From positions 61,690,001 through 61,754,000 of the forward strand of contig OX597818.1 in assembly GCA_951406725.2 (NCBI GenBank): a stretch of 64,000 nucleotides of DNA. Direction: 5' to 3'. Under the pieces are notes generated by a model. That model saw nothing but the letters and a program-made list of their open reading frames with translations, did not search any database and had not been told where the DNA came from. Positions 1-13,473 of the stretch are shown in pieces; positions within the stretch are counted from its first letter, which is position 1, and each line of letters begins with the position of its first letter. This DNA is from Octopus vulgaris. Its lineage: Eukaryota. A program made the position numbers and the translations under genes.

Positions 1-160
1 ACACACACATATATATATATAAACATACAATCATACACACACATATATATATATATACAATCATACACATATATATATATATATACAATCATACACACAT
101 ATATATATATATAAACATACAATCATACACACATATATATATATATATATATACAATCAT

Positions 161-197
<37 letters not shown>

Positions 198-237
198 TTC
201 ACATACAATCATATATATACATATATTCACACACAAT

Positions 238-287
<50 letters not shown>

Positions 288-400
288 TATATATTCACAT
301 GCAATCATACACACACACATATATATACATATATATACACACATATATTCACACACACATCATCATATGTAAATATGTATACATAAATACAAATGTATAT
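1..400. repeat. Compound (TA)n/(CA)n minisatellite with acaatcatac spacers
   Basis: Read directly. Confidence 0.9.
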
Positions 401-1084
401 ATTTCTTTAATGGGTTAGTTGTTTACAGATTATGTTTCGATTCGGTTGTGACCATGTTCCATTCCTGTGAACTGAAACGGAATATATCCCGTAAATAAGT
501 AACCTATTAGAAAATATAAAAACACCATTCCCTGAGGTATTGAGTACTTTTATCCATTTATTTATTTGTACCTGGAAGCTATGTCTACAAAAACAAAATA
601 CAAGATTATATAAGAGAGATAGAGAGAGAGAGAGTGAGTAAGAGGGAGTGAGTGAGTGAGAGAGAAAAAGATGGTTACAAGTGGAACATATTTTACCATA
701 AGTCTGATGTTGTTTAAGCCTGGCATCAGTCTAAATAACATCTACTTCAGTGCATTGGTTATACAACAGCTATGCTTATATAAAGCAACCATAATGTCTA
801 ACTTGAAATCGCATCCGACCATTTTCAAAAATAAGACACTATACAGTTTATGAGACATTAAGTTTGAATAAAAGAGAAAACTGTTTCATGGTCAGAATAT
901 TGTTTTTTTTTTTTTTCAATACTTTGGTCTGGAGGAAGGAGATGTGTTCAGGAACTTGTTTGAGATTGGTGAAGTCTATCACTGTTCCTCTTGGACAATT
1001 GCAAGTTAATGGCAGCAGGAAAAAACATTGGCACGAAAAGATAAACAGAAAGAATTCTGGTGGGGGTGAATTCGGGGAGGATTA

Positions 1085-1350
1085 CAGGGTGTAGTAGTTA
1101 GTGCAAAGATTTGAGTGTTGCACCGATAATCACGAGATCATGGTTTCAATTCCTGGACTAGGCGTGTGTTGTGTTCTTGAGCAAAATGCTTCATTTTGCG
1201 ATGCTCCTGTTCATACAATTATAAATGAGTTACCCTCATTCAAGGTGAATGATTTGAGCTTGACATCCCATTCAAGGTGAGTGATTTGAGTTTGGTCACT
1301 TATATGCCATGGAATTGGACAAGTGGCTCTATGAGCCCTATGACTCGAGA
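1085..1350 (+). mobile_element. Old tRNA/CORE-like SINE
   Basis: B-box ggtttcaattcc and tgtgttcttgagcaaa block; related pieces at ~4450-4570 and ~18530-19020. Confidence 0.55.
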
Positions 1351-1625
1351 CAGTAAATTCTAGGGTGAATTACTTTACTGACTGGGCATAGGAGATAGTA
1401 GAGGCCCTATTAGAGAAAGTTGAGGGAACTTAGTGGTTATGGGGAAGAGAAACAGTTGAGTCAGGAATGCATGCATGAATATAAGATGAGACTAGAATGC
1501 TCCAGGAATTAGAGGCCATATCAGTAAGAGTAGAAAAGGTGAGTGCAAAGACAGGGTAGCTGTGGGTCAGACATGAGAGAGTGGAGGTAAGATTTTATGT
1601 ACTGGGAAAAGAGATTGGTTTTTCT

Positions 1626-1765
1626 TCTATTCTTTTACTTGTTTCAGTCATTTGACTGTGGCCATGCTGGAGCACCGCCTTTAGTCAAACAAATTGACCC
1701 CAGAGCTTATTCTTTGTAAGCCTAGTACTTATTCTATCAGTCACTTTTGCCAAACTGCTAAGTTA
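1626..1765 (-). mobile_element. SINE family A 3' fragment
   Basis: Matches the tail of 2648-2785. Confidence 0.75.
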
Positions 1766-2647
1766 GTAAGAATTTTTGTAGATTTCTGCCTAGATTGTGT
1801 AATTTCAAAACTGTTTTAAATGCGAGACCTGTATAATATTGTGGATCTCACTTGGGTTTTCATAAAAGGTTAGTAGTTGTTGGGGGATGAAGTATATTCT
1901 GGCCCCTGAAGAGGTCACTCAGTGTTTGCTATATTGAGGATGGGAGACCGAGAGAAACATTGTCATGATGAAACCTTGATTTTGCAGTTATTTTGAGGAT
2001 TCTAATTGAATGCAATTCACACATACATGCTTTATTTTTCTTTCTTCCTTTCTCTACATTTTCTAATTATTTATTTATTTATTTTACCTATGGCTGGTTC
2101 AGAGCCAAAAAGTAGCCATAGCACCACTTCCTGCCGGGTCTTGAGTGCCTTCAGGAGATTCACCCCTGTTGCAAGAATTTATCCCAAATGGTCTTGATGA
2201 AGAAAACTTCTCGTGATATGAACCAACAAGAGGGCTTCTAGATGGTTACTCAACCTGTTAGAAATAGCTATCAAATGCCCTCAGATCAAACCTTACTATC
2301 TTTAAGAAGGATTTACAAAGAAATACCGACAGTAAAATAGAGTATGGTTACTTCGAAGACTACCAGAACTGATGATAGTGGGTATGGGGAGAAACCATTT
2401 CTTCACATTCAGTTCTTGCATGCTGCTTTTCTTTTCCTGACTACATCACGAAAAAAGGAAAACAAAAAACTACAGCTGCTGCTGCTGCTACAACTGCTAC
2501 TTCACACCTTTTATGCTCTCCTCAACCATAATTCAGTGATAACAAAAATACAATTGTAAATGGTAAATTTTGCACAGTTAAAAAAACAAAAAAGAAAAAA
2601 ATCTTAGATGTATAGATTTTATGTACTGGGAAAAGAGAAAGGTCTTT

Positions 2648-3060
2648 CTTTTATTCTTTTACTTGTTTCAGTCATTTGACTGTTGCCATGCTGGAGCACT
2701 GCCTTTAGTCAAGCAAACTGACTCCACAGCTTATTCTTTGTAAGCCTAGTACTTATTCTATCGGTCTCTTTTGCCGAAATGCTAAGTTACAGGGACATAA
2801 ACACACCAGCATCGGTTGTCAAGCAATGTTGGGGGATTCAAACACAGACACACAAATACACACGCACACACACACACACATATATATATACATATATGAC
2901 TGGATTCTTCCAGTTTCTGTCTACCAAATCCACTCATAAGGTTTTGGTCGGCCCGAGGCTATAGTAGAAGACACTTGCCCAAGGTGCCACACAGTGGGAC
3001 TGAACCCATGACCATGTGGTTGGTAAGCAAGCTACATACCACTCAGCCACTCCTGTGCCT
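2648..3060 (-). mobile_element. SINE family A (tRNA-derived head, CORE-like ccttgggcaagt block, central TA/CA microsatellite, LINE-like tail)
   Basis: A-box tggctgagtgg and B-box ggttcagtccc on the - strand; about 20 homologous copies or fragments in the window. Confidence 0.85.
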
Positions 3061-3627
3061 GTTTGGATTCTCAGCAAAGTTTGTGTCGATATATTTAATA
3101 CACTGAGCATTCAAAAAAAAAAAAAAAGAAATTAGAAATAAAAGGTGAGAAAAAGACAATATTAGCTGAATCATTAATTTAATGGTTCTGATGAATATGG
3201 GAGATAACCCTGCATAACCATCAACTTTGCCAAGATAACGATGGGAGAATCACTAAAAAGATGGCCAATGTTGTACAGAAATCGGTTTGAAAATTAACAT
3301 ATTTTAGATAATAAATTACTCACAGAAATTGCTGGCAGATGCTATCAGCATGAAAAATAATCATTGACCCTATACTAAATAATGGTATCCAGGAACCAAA
3401 ATGTTCTTTCCAAAAGAGGTCCGTTCTTTCCAGCTAATAAAGCATTAGTTGTGTTGAAAATAATAGCTTGCACTATTTTCTGCTAATAAAGCATTAGTCA
3501 TGTTAGAAATAACAGCATGCACCGTTTCACTTGAAAAGAAAAAAGATTCTTGAAAAAAAATTCCTCCAAGAATTTTAGAATTTTAGATTCTACGACTGAT
3601 CTTCACTGCTATTCACACCAAAATCTG

Positions 3628-4275
3628 CGTGTGTGTGTGTGTGTGTGTGTGTGCATGTGCATAATGCATATTTTACTGCATGTGTTTCCATGTGCATGCA
3701 TGCATTCAAATGTGTGTGTGTGTGTGTACCCACAGGTGCATTCACCTTCAAGTGGGTATGAATGCATGTTTAAGAGTGTGAGCTTGCGCTCATGCATGCA
3801 TGCATGGATGCATGTGTGATGCATGAATTCGCATGTGTGTAGATGGATTTATGTGGATGTGCATAGCTTTGTGTGCATGGAAGTATTTGTGCATGCATGT
3901 ATGTGTGCATGCATGTATGTGTGCATGCATGTATGTGTGCATGCATGCATGTATTCGTAAGTGTATGTGTGCAGGTACTTGCATGGGTGTGCATGAATTT
4001 CTATGAGTGTGAGGATGTATTCATGCATGCCCTTGTGTGTGCATGTATGCATGTGTGCGTATGCAGGTATTTCTGCATGCATGACTGTGTGTGTGTGTAT
4101 CAACATGCATGTGTGTGTGTGTGTGCATGTAACTACTTGCATGTCTGTGTGTATGTGTCTGTATGTGCAAACGTATTTGTGTGCTTGTACATATTCATAC
4201 GTGCATGCACATATGTGTATGTTCACGTGCACCAGTGAATGTGTGTGTGTGTGTGTGTATCTGTGTGTGTGCTTG
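3628..4275. repeat. Degenerate TG/TGCA low-complexity tract
   Basis: Read directly. Confidence 0.9.
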
Positions 4276-4654
4276 CATTGCTATTTATTGGGGATTGGCA
4301 CATCATTGCATCTTGCATCCACTTCAATGGGAAACAATGCAATAAAATCACAGGTATCAATAAAATCACAGGTAACAATAAAATCACAGGTAAGCAAGTA
4401 TTTGGTTACAGGTGATTTTGCAATGTTAAATAATGAAGTACTGTAATGAAGGCATGAGGCCTAGTGGGTAGGCTGTTGCACTCATGTTCATCAGATGCTG
4501 AGTTCAATTCCTGGCCTGGGCAGTGTGTTTTGTTCGTGAGCAAAACACTTCTTTCCATTCTGCTCTGGTGCTCTGTGGGGACTGGCGTGACAAAGAATCG
4601 ACTTAAGTTTCATCTGTGCTTGAATACATCCTCACGCATGCATAGTCTTTTAAT

Positions 4655-4960
4655 TGTTTCAGTCATTTGACTGTGGCCATGCTGGAGCACCGCCTCTAGT
4701 CAAAGAAATCGACCACAGGACCCATTCTTTGTAAGCCTAGTGCTTATTCTATCAGTCTCCTTTGCCAAACCGCTAAGTTATGAGGACATAAACACACCAG
4801 CATCGGTTGTCAGGCGATGTTGGGGGACACACACAAACATATATGCACACACACACACATACACACACATATATATATACACATATATACAATAGGCTTC
4901 TTTCAGTTTCCATCAACCTGAACCATGTGGTTGGTAAGCAAGCTACTTACCACACAGCCA
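4655..4960 (-). mobile_element. SINE family A (internally deleted)
   Basis: Homology to 2648-3060. Confidence 0.8.
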
Positions 4961-5209
4961 CACACTTATGAATACATGCACACAGGAGATGACTAAAAGA
5001 GGTTGAGATAGAATTTGCCCTCCAATCTTATAAAACTGACACCAGCAAAGTCTACCCAAACGCACCTGTGGGTTGAAAAATTGTTGCCTGAGTGGTGCAT
5101 AGGCATTATCTGCCAAGAGTAAGGAATGGTACATGCAGCAACATGCTATTACAGCGTAAGCTCCCATACTACTTCTGTTAGTTTATTCTAATCTGTAACT
5201 CTACTACAA

Positions 5210-5610
5210 AGTTGACTTCGGTGGAATTTGAACTCAGAGCACAAAGACAGACGAAATACCTATTTCTTTACTACCCACTAGGGGCTAAACATAGAGAGGA
5301 CAAACAAGGACAGGCAAATGGATTAAGTTGAATATATCGACCCCAAAGAACCTCCATGTGGTCACTTAACTAGCTAAAAATAACAGCCAAATCCTTTCAC
5401 TTAAATCACACCCTACTGACTTTTATGAAACAAAACAAAAAAAAAAAAAAGAAAGAAAAGTAGGGGCCCTCATTAGACAATGTAATCGACCCTGAAAGGA
5501 TGAAAGGCAAAGTTGACCTCGGTGGAATTTGAACTCAGAACATAAAGACAGACGAACTACCGCTAAGCCTTTTTGCTCCACATGCTAACATTTCTGCAAG
5601 CTCACTGTCT
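5210..5610 (-). mobile_element. SINE family B with a 140-bp internal insertion
   Basis: Homology is broken at 5345-5485. Confidence 0.75.
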
Positions 5611-5898
5611 TACTATATTTAAATATCGATTACTCCTAAGCAGAGAGAATTATAAATCATAATCATTAATACCAATTATTGACTCCAATAATAATTAGCA
5701 CATTGCATGTCAGTAAGAAATTTGTGGTAAAGTTTATCATGAATGGAATTTGTAATAAATGGTAAGCTGATGCCTCATGAGTAGATGTGAAGTGTCAGTT
5801 TGGACAAAATCCTTCAACTTTCTTGGATTCTACTTATTGCTTTCCTTTATCAAGAATTTAATAATGTCTGAAGATCCTTATTTAACATATATCTCTTC

Positions 5899-6130
5899 TA
5901 AGGTGTCGAGCTGGTAGAATCGTTAGCCAAACAAAATCGTTAGCTAAACAAAAGGCAAAGAAGCATTTTGTTCGTCTTCACATTTTGTGTTCAAATTCTG
6001 CCGAGATAGACTTTGACTTTTGGGGTCAATACAATAGAATAAGTACCAGTTGAATACTGGGGGTCGATGAAATTGACTTACTACCCCAACCCCACCGAAA
6101 TTGCTGGCCTTGTGCCAGAATTTGAAACTA
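5899..6130 (+). mobile_element. SINE family B (older variant)
   Basis: Homology to the other copies. Confidence 0.7.
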
Positions 6131-6516
6131 ATATATATGTAGTGGAATGTGATGCTGCGGAATCAATATAAGTTGTCGGGTGTAGCAGATGATGTTTGGT
6201 GTGTTGGACCGGCACCAATGGAAAACAACGAAGAAAGAATAGAAATGTAGTTTGCCAAAAATGAGCCATGGCACCACGCTACATATATCTCTTGTATTTG
6301 CATTTGTAAAGAGAGAGCCTCCATGTACCCATTTGATCTGTCTGATATTAGAACCATGTCCCTAACAATGTAGCTAGATGTATCCATAAAAAGATGGGAT
6401 GGTCATGTCTGGAACAACTTTGAACATCAGATTGCTCAATCTGAGTAGATCTTGAGTTAAACACAACCTCCAACCATAACCCTCGTTGCACTCACTTAAA
6501 ATGGCTAAATTAACCG

Positions 6517-6735
6517 AAGAACCTCCATGTGGTCACTTAATCAGCTAAAAATAACAGCCAAATCCTTTCACTTAAATCACACCCTACTGACTTTTATGAA
6601 ACAAAAAAGGAAAAAAAGAAAGAAAAGTAGGGGGCCCTCATTAGACAATGTAATTCTAGATAAACAAAGATGTCACAGCTGGAATGCCTTTCATCATAGT
6701 TCTGTTGCATCTGGCTCACCTGGGAATAAACCAAC
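6517..6735 (+). repeat. Dispersed repeat family F (ctagaaatagcagccaaat...caaatcacac)
   Basis: Related copies at ~2240, 5345, 6315, 21470, 54445 and 56705. Confidence 0.6.
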
Positions 6736-7153
6736 ATCCAAGATTACACCAACTTCAAAAATTTCTCAGCAGTTTCTTTTCTCTTGTGGTGTTATTTCTG
6801 GCTGTTGTCACAGGCTGTGCCATCATGCTGAACTTACCATTCTGGCATAAGTATAAACATACAAAATTTTTGGCTATTTTTATACGCAATATGACTTCAA
6901 CTTCACTTAATCCTTTGGTCTGATGGTGTATCATTTCAAAACAAATTACAAGCATTTTATACCACAATATTCTACGAACAGAAATATTAGAAGAAAATTT
7001 ACTGGGTTTGCTCTATTGAAAATCAAAGAATTTATGACCCTTACAACAATACTCTCTTCAGTAAATTCATTTAAAAACAAGTTTTCTCCTACCTCTATGA
7101 AGTTCGTGTAAAGGGGTTAGTTGTCTCTTATGAAATATTAGAATGCCATCACA

Positions 7154-7619
7154 ATACCTATTTCTTTACTGCCCACAAGGGGCCAAACACAGAGGACAAA
7201 CAAGGGTAGACAAACGGATTAAGACGATTACATCGAGCCCAGTGAGTAACTGGTACTTATTTAATCAACCCCAAAAGGATGAAAGGCAAAGTTGACCTCG
7301 GCAGAATTTGAACCCAGAACGAAGTGGCAGACGAAATGGTGCTAAGCATTTCGCCCGGCATGCTAACGTTTCTGCATTTAATACCTATTTCTTTATTACC
7401 CACAAGAGGCTAAACATAGAGGGGACAAACAAGGACAGACATAGGTATTTAGTCGATTACATCGACTCCAGTGCGTAACTGGTACTTATTTAATCGACCC
7501 CGAAAGGATGAAAGGCAAGGTCAACCTCGGCGGAATTTGAACTCATAACGTAACGGTAGATGAAATACGGCTAAGCATTTTGCCCGGCGTGCTAATGTTT
7601 CTGGCAGCTCCCCACCTTA
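7154..7619 (-). mobile_element. SINE family B tandem dimer
   Basis: Two head-to-tail copies starting at 7154 and 7380. Confidence 0.8.
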
Positions 7620-7904
7620 ATACCTTCTGCATTTAATACCAGTGTTTCCCTACCATGCTGCATTGCACTTCGTACACAATTGTCCGGCAATCAAATGTTT
7701 ATTCAGAGTGAGAATCAAAGTTGAACAGAGTGAAAAAAATCCCTTACTCAAAACACAAATAAAGGCTGGTAACAGCAAGGACAACGGTCTGTTAAACAAT
7801 GTGTCTGAAAACAAAAAGTGAGGTGCTGGTGGTCACATTAAAAACATTCCGTGTACTTTGTGACATGGTTGGTGTTAGGAAGGACATTCAACTGTAGAAA
7901 CCAT

Positions 7905-8137
7905 TCCTATCTCTTTACTACCCACAAGGGGCTAAACACAGAGAGGACAAACAAGGACAGACAAATGGATTAAGTCAATTATATCGACCCCAGTGCATAG
8001 CTGGTACTTATTTAATCAACCCCAAAAGAATGAAAAGCAAACTTGACCTTGGCGGAATTTGAACTCAGAACGTAGCAGCAGACGAAATACCATTTAAGCA
8101 TTTCACCCAGCGTGCTAATGTTTCTGCCAGCTCGCCG
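7905..8137 (-). mobile_element. SINE family B
   Basis: Homology to 40333-40560. Confidence 0.8.
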
Positions 8138-9329
8138 ATTCTAAAACAGACAATTGGAGCCTGATGTGGCTCCTGGCCATACCAGTTCCTGTCAAACTCT
8201 CTGATCCATGCCAGCTTGCAAATGGACAGTAAATGATTATGATCACTAATTTCTTACAGATATGTGATTCGTGGCAACATAGAATATAGTAATCCTATGT
8301 AGCAGACACACAGACATGTGACTTTTACCTATCTCTGTAGATTGGAAAATAAACAAAAAAAAAACAATGGTTTGTTATAATTGATTTTTGGCACCAATAG
8401 TGTCTGTATTCTTTGTCCTGTTCCAGTTCTCTGTCCAGTTCAGAGAATCCGAGCTACTAATTAACATCCCATTAGTATTTATCACTTTAATTAATATCAG
8501 CAGCCTAAAAGCACAAGACTCTTGTATGAGATTTGAACTAGCAGCCTAGACGGTTCAATAGTTTATCCACTTGACCATTTCACATCTACTAAAGAAGTAT
8601 ACCTGTAGATGAGGAATAATAAGTCTCATTTTAATTTGTTCAACAAACTGAAGATCAGAATCTTCCGTTCCATAATTGAATTAGAAAATGGTATTTTTGA
8701 AAATTCTAACCAATGACAGCTTGAAAAAGTAATGGAAAATGTTAAAAGAAACAGACCGTTAAATTTATGGTTGTTTGATAACATAAAACTAGCATGTCAA
8801 TTGAGGTATTCACATGCCACTGGGAGTATATGTAACATCATACTGGAAGCCAACAAAGTATTCAACAGTTGGAAGTGTGCTGAAAGGAATGAATATATAT
8901 ACACACAAATGCATGCGCTTGTGCACATATGTGTGTGTATATCCATATATTTGTAAATATATATATTAAATATATATTAATATATATGTATGTGTATGCG
9001 TATATGTATACATTTATAAATATATATTAAATATATATTAATATATATGTGTGTGTATATCCATATATTTGTAAATATATATATTAAATATATATTAATA
9101 TATATGTATGTGTATGTGTATATGTATACATTTATAAATATATATTAAATATATATTAATATATATGTGTGTGTGTGTATATATGTATATGTGTTACATT
9201 CAGAAAGAGAGAGAGACAAAGAAAGAAAAGAAATTTCAAAAGCACAGAGGTAGAATTTCTATCAATAATCTTAATTATATCACAAATGAGAAGTTATTGG
9301 ATCAAGACAGAAAAAAAAAAAAAAAGAAA

Positions 9330-9361
<32 letters not shown>

Positions 9362-10272
9362 GAAAGAAAGCCAAAAGCTTTAAAGAAAAAGAATATACAT
9401 GATATATGTGAAAGAAATTTCTATAGGGCTGGATTTTATAGAGATTATTCTTAGCTTTTATTTTGGATTTTTCAACACAATGAACATACAGTACAGTCAA
9501 ATATTGTAGGAGTACACACTAGTTTTGCATTTCTGTACGAAAAAAACAACAACAAAAAAAAACGAAAACATCAAAAGAAAAAAATGACAAAAAAAAAAGG
9601 TGAAGAAATATGTCTAGATATCTAGGCAGCATTGAATATATTTTTCACAGCAGTGCTTTTCTCATGGACAAAACACTAACAGAATTCAAGAAGAATTCAA
9701 GAAGTGTAATTCTATGCCACGTTTTTTCATTGAAAAATTCCAAATTTTTAAGATTATGTTATATTCACATCAGAAAATATCAATAAAAAGGTGGAAGGAG
9801 GTGGAGGAGGAGAAGAAAAAAAAAATCAATTGAATATAGAACAATCCAGATTTATCGATCTGTGAGTGAGTCCTTGGTGACAGTCTTTACATAACAGAAC
9901 ATCTAATGCAACAACCACAACAACAAAAATTAAATACATACACGTGCATACATGCACATACACACACCTGAAGATGTAAATTCTTCTTAAGTATCAAAAA
10001 AAGAAATGAAAATATGAAAACTCTAAATAAAAATGAGGCGGGGTGGGAGGTTGAAGAGAAAATCCCTCAGACAAATAGAATGGCTTTGCCATCTTCTTGT
10101 TCAGACCAGTTAATTAGGAAGAAATTCATAAATCTTCAAACACACATGGAAATAGAGAGTTGGTGGTGTTGGAGGTGGTGCTGGTGGTGGTGAATGAGAG
10201 AGAGAGATTAAGGGAGAGAGCGAGCGAGAGAGAGTTAGAGAGAGAGAGGTAGAGAGAGAGAGAGAGAGATTT

Positions 10273-10324
<52 letters not shown>

Positions 10325-11009
10325 CTAGAGAGAGAGAGAGGGGGAAAGCTAGAGAGAGAGAGAGAGAGAGAGAATAAATGTGGGAAAAGAGTAAGAAATT
10401 TCTTTTCTTTCTTTGTCTCTTTCTGAATGTAATACATGTACATATATATATATATACACACATATATACACATGCATGTATATTAATAAATATTTAATAT
10501 ATATATTTATAAATATAAATATATACACATACACTCACACACACATACACACACACACACATCCACACACACACACACATACATACACACACACACACAC
10601 ACATACATACACACACAGATGAATTTGTGTATAATGAAAGTGAGATGAATAGATGTATGCGTAAAAGTAGTGACAGACAGACAGACAAAGAATGGAGACA
10701 CCGTCTCTGTCTACATCACAAATATTTCGAAGAGACACAAATAACTGAAGACTGTGTATCATGTGACCTGTTGAGAGAAGAATGCCATTACATCCATATG
10801 AAAATAATACAGCGAGTTATTCCTGAAATGTTATAACATTTATAGACATGTTTCTTATCTCTATATCTACGATGGGAGCTCTAAGCATCTTAGCATGTAC
10901 GCTGAAATATTTACCATTGTCTGTGAATATATGTCCCACTCTGTGGTGCTTTATGCAGGGAATTTATAGAAAGACTGTGTGCAGGAACTCATCATATACA
11001 CATATATCT

Positions 11010-11420
11010 CTCTTTTACTTGTTTCAGTCATTTGACTGCGGCCATGCTGGAGCACCGCCTTTCTTTAGTTGAGCAAATCGACCCCAGGACTTATTCTTTG
11101 TAAGCCTAGTACTTATTATATCGGTCTCTTTTTGCCGAACTGCTTAGTTACGGGGATGTAAGCACACCAGCATTGGTTGTAAAGCGATATTGGGGGGGGA
11201 CAAACACAGACACACAAACATATATACACACTTACATATATATATATACATACATATATATGACGGGCTTCTTTCAGTTTCCATCTAACAAATCCACTCA
11301 CAAGGGTTTGGTTGGCCCAAGGCTATAGTAGAAGACACTTGCCCAAGGTGCCACCCAGTGGGAATGAACCCAGAACCATGTGGTTGTTTAGCAAGCTACT
11401 TACCACACAGCCACTCCTAC
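11010..11420 (-). mobile_element. SINE family A
   Basis: Full-length homology. Confidence 0.85.
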
Positions 11421-11461
11421 GCTTACATGTATATGTTTCTCTCCCACTTTCTCTTCTCTCT

Positions 11462-11493
<32 letters not shown>

Positions 11494-11979
11494 GACACAC
11501 ATAAGTAAGGTACAGGCATGGCTATGAGGTTAAGGAATTTGCTTTTGAAGTACATGGTATTGGGTTCTGTCAGTCTCACTGCATGGTGCTTTGGGCAAAT
11601 ATTTTCTGCGGCACCAGGCAGACCAAAACCTTGTGAGTGGATTTGGTAAAGGGAAATTAAAAGAAACCTGCCGTATGTGTGTGTGTGCGTGTGTGTGTGT
11701 GTGTGTGCGTGCATGTGTATGTGTTTGTGTGTGTGTGTGTGCGTTTGTATGTGTGTGTCTCCTTAGGTTTGACAGTGTGTGGTAGTTGTAAATGAGCCTC
11801 ACTGTCATACAAGCAGTGTCATTTGTTTCCAATATTCTATGAAAACATTTCCAGCTGTGAGAAATATTAGTTTGCTTTGAAACAAGCATGGGGTGACAAC
11901 AAGAAGGACATTCATCCAGATGTGTACAAAAAAATCTGCTTCAAGTCCTATCTCAGCCATGCAAACATGGAAAAATAGA

Positions 11980-12387
11980 CAGGCGTGGGTGTGTGATAAG
12001 AAGCTTGCTTCCAAACCACATGGTTCTGGGTTCACTCCCACTGTGTGGCACCTTGGGCAAGTGTCTTCTACTATGGCCTCGGCCCGACCAAAGCCTTGTG
12101 AGTGGATTTGGTAGATGGAAACTGAAAGAAGCCCATCGCATATATATATATATATATATACACATATATATTTTTATGTGTGTGTAATTGTGTCTGTGTT
12201 TCTCAACACACCGTCGCTTGGCAACCAATGTTGGTATGTTTACATCTCTGTAACTCAGTGGTTTGTCAAAAGAGACCGATAGATAAAGCACCCAGCTTAC
12301 AAAGAATAAGTCCTCAGCTTGATTTCTTTAACTAAAAGGTGGTGCTCCAGCATGGCCACAGTCAAATGACCAAAACAAATAAAAAGA
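11980..12387 (+). mobile_element. SINE family A
   Basis: Full-length homology, + orientation. Confidence 0.85.
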
Positions 12388-12421
12388 TTAGAATGATGAT
12401 GACAACACATATGTGTATATT

Positions 12422-12767
12422 CCACACACACACACACACATGCACACACACACATGCACACACACATGCACACACACATGCACACACACATGGACACACA
12501 CATGGACACACACACATGCACACACACACATGCACACACACATGCACACACACACACACACACACACACATGCACACACACATGCACACACACATGCACA
12601 CACACACATGCACACACACATGCACACACACACATGCACACACACATGCACACACACATGCACACACACATGCACACACACACATGCACACACACATGCA
12701 CACACACATGCACACACACATGCACACACACACATGCACACACACACATGCACACACACACATGCAC
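12422..12767. repeat. (CACACACATG)n compound micro/minisatellite
   Basis: Read directly. Confidence 0.95.
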
Positions 12768-12995
12768 GTTCATATCTCTCTCTTTTACTCTTTACTCTTT
12801 TACTTGTTTCAGTAATTTGACTGCGGCCATGCTGGAGCACTGCCTTTAGTCGAGCAAATCAACCCCAGGACTTATTCTTTGTAAGCCCAGTACTTATTCT
12901 ATCAGTCTCTTTTGCCGAACCGCTAAGTGACGGGGACGTAAACACACCAGCATCGGTTGTCAAGCAATGCTAGGGGGACAAACACAGACACACAA

Positions 12996-13046
<51 letters not shown>

Positions 13047-13047
<1 letters not shown>

Positions 13048-13405
13048 GAAATATTAAAATAACTAAGTCTCTCTAAAAGAGAACAGCGACAGCGTTCCCG
13101 GAAAATAATAGTTATCGCCATACTAATATGGCATTCTTATAAAAATAAGAAAAAAGCTGTCCGCTTATTAGCTCCATGAGGCCATCGCCTACTGGTCTGG
13201 CTACGCTACATTGAAAAGGGGCAATACCCCGAAACGCGTCTGTAGCTGCCGGTCAAGTAGTGTGGAGCGACTGACCTCCCTTGTTCGAAGGTTATATGGA
13301 TACAGTTTGTGTATCAAATAGCTAACTTAAGGCGATGGCCTCATGGAGCTAATAAGCGGACAGCTTTTTTCTTATTTTTATAAGAATGCCATATTAGTAT
13401 GGCGA

Positions 13406-13412
<7 letters not shown>
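13047..13412. mobile_element. Penelope-like terminal-repeat fragment with an 83-bp inverted repeat, inserted in the (TA)n of a SINE
   Basis: Perfect inverted repeat 13108-13190/13330-13412, a minimal HHR in the spacer, and (TA)n on both sides inside the family A SINE at 12783-13640. Confidence 0.8.
13205..13246 (+). ncRNA. Minimal type I hammerhead ribozyme, U3-A8 core variant
   Basis: gctaca-TTGAAAA-gggg caata cccc-GAAA-cgcg-TC-tgtagc: 6-bp stem I, 4-bp stem II, palindromic mini stem III (acgcgt), GUC cleavage site. Confidence 0.85.

Positions 13413-13473
<61 letters not shown>

Noticed and set aside
1900-1970. CTGAAGA-ggtc...gacc-gaGAGAAAC..GTC hammerhead look-alike
   Set aside because: No stem I and extra bases before GAAA.
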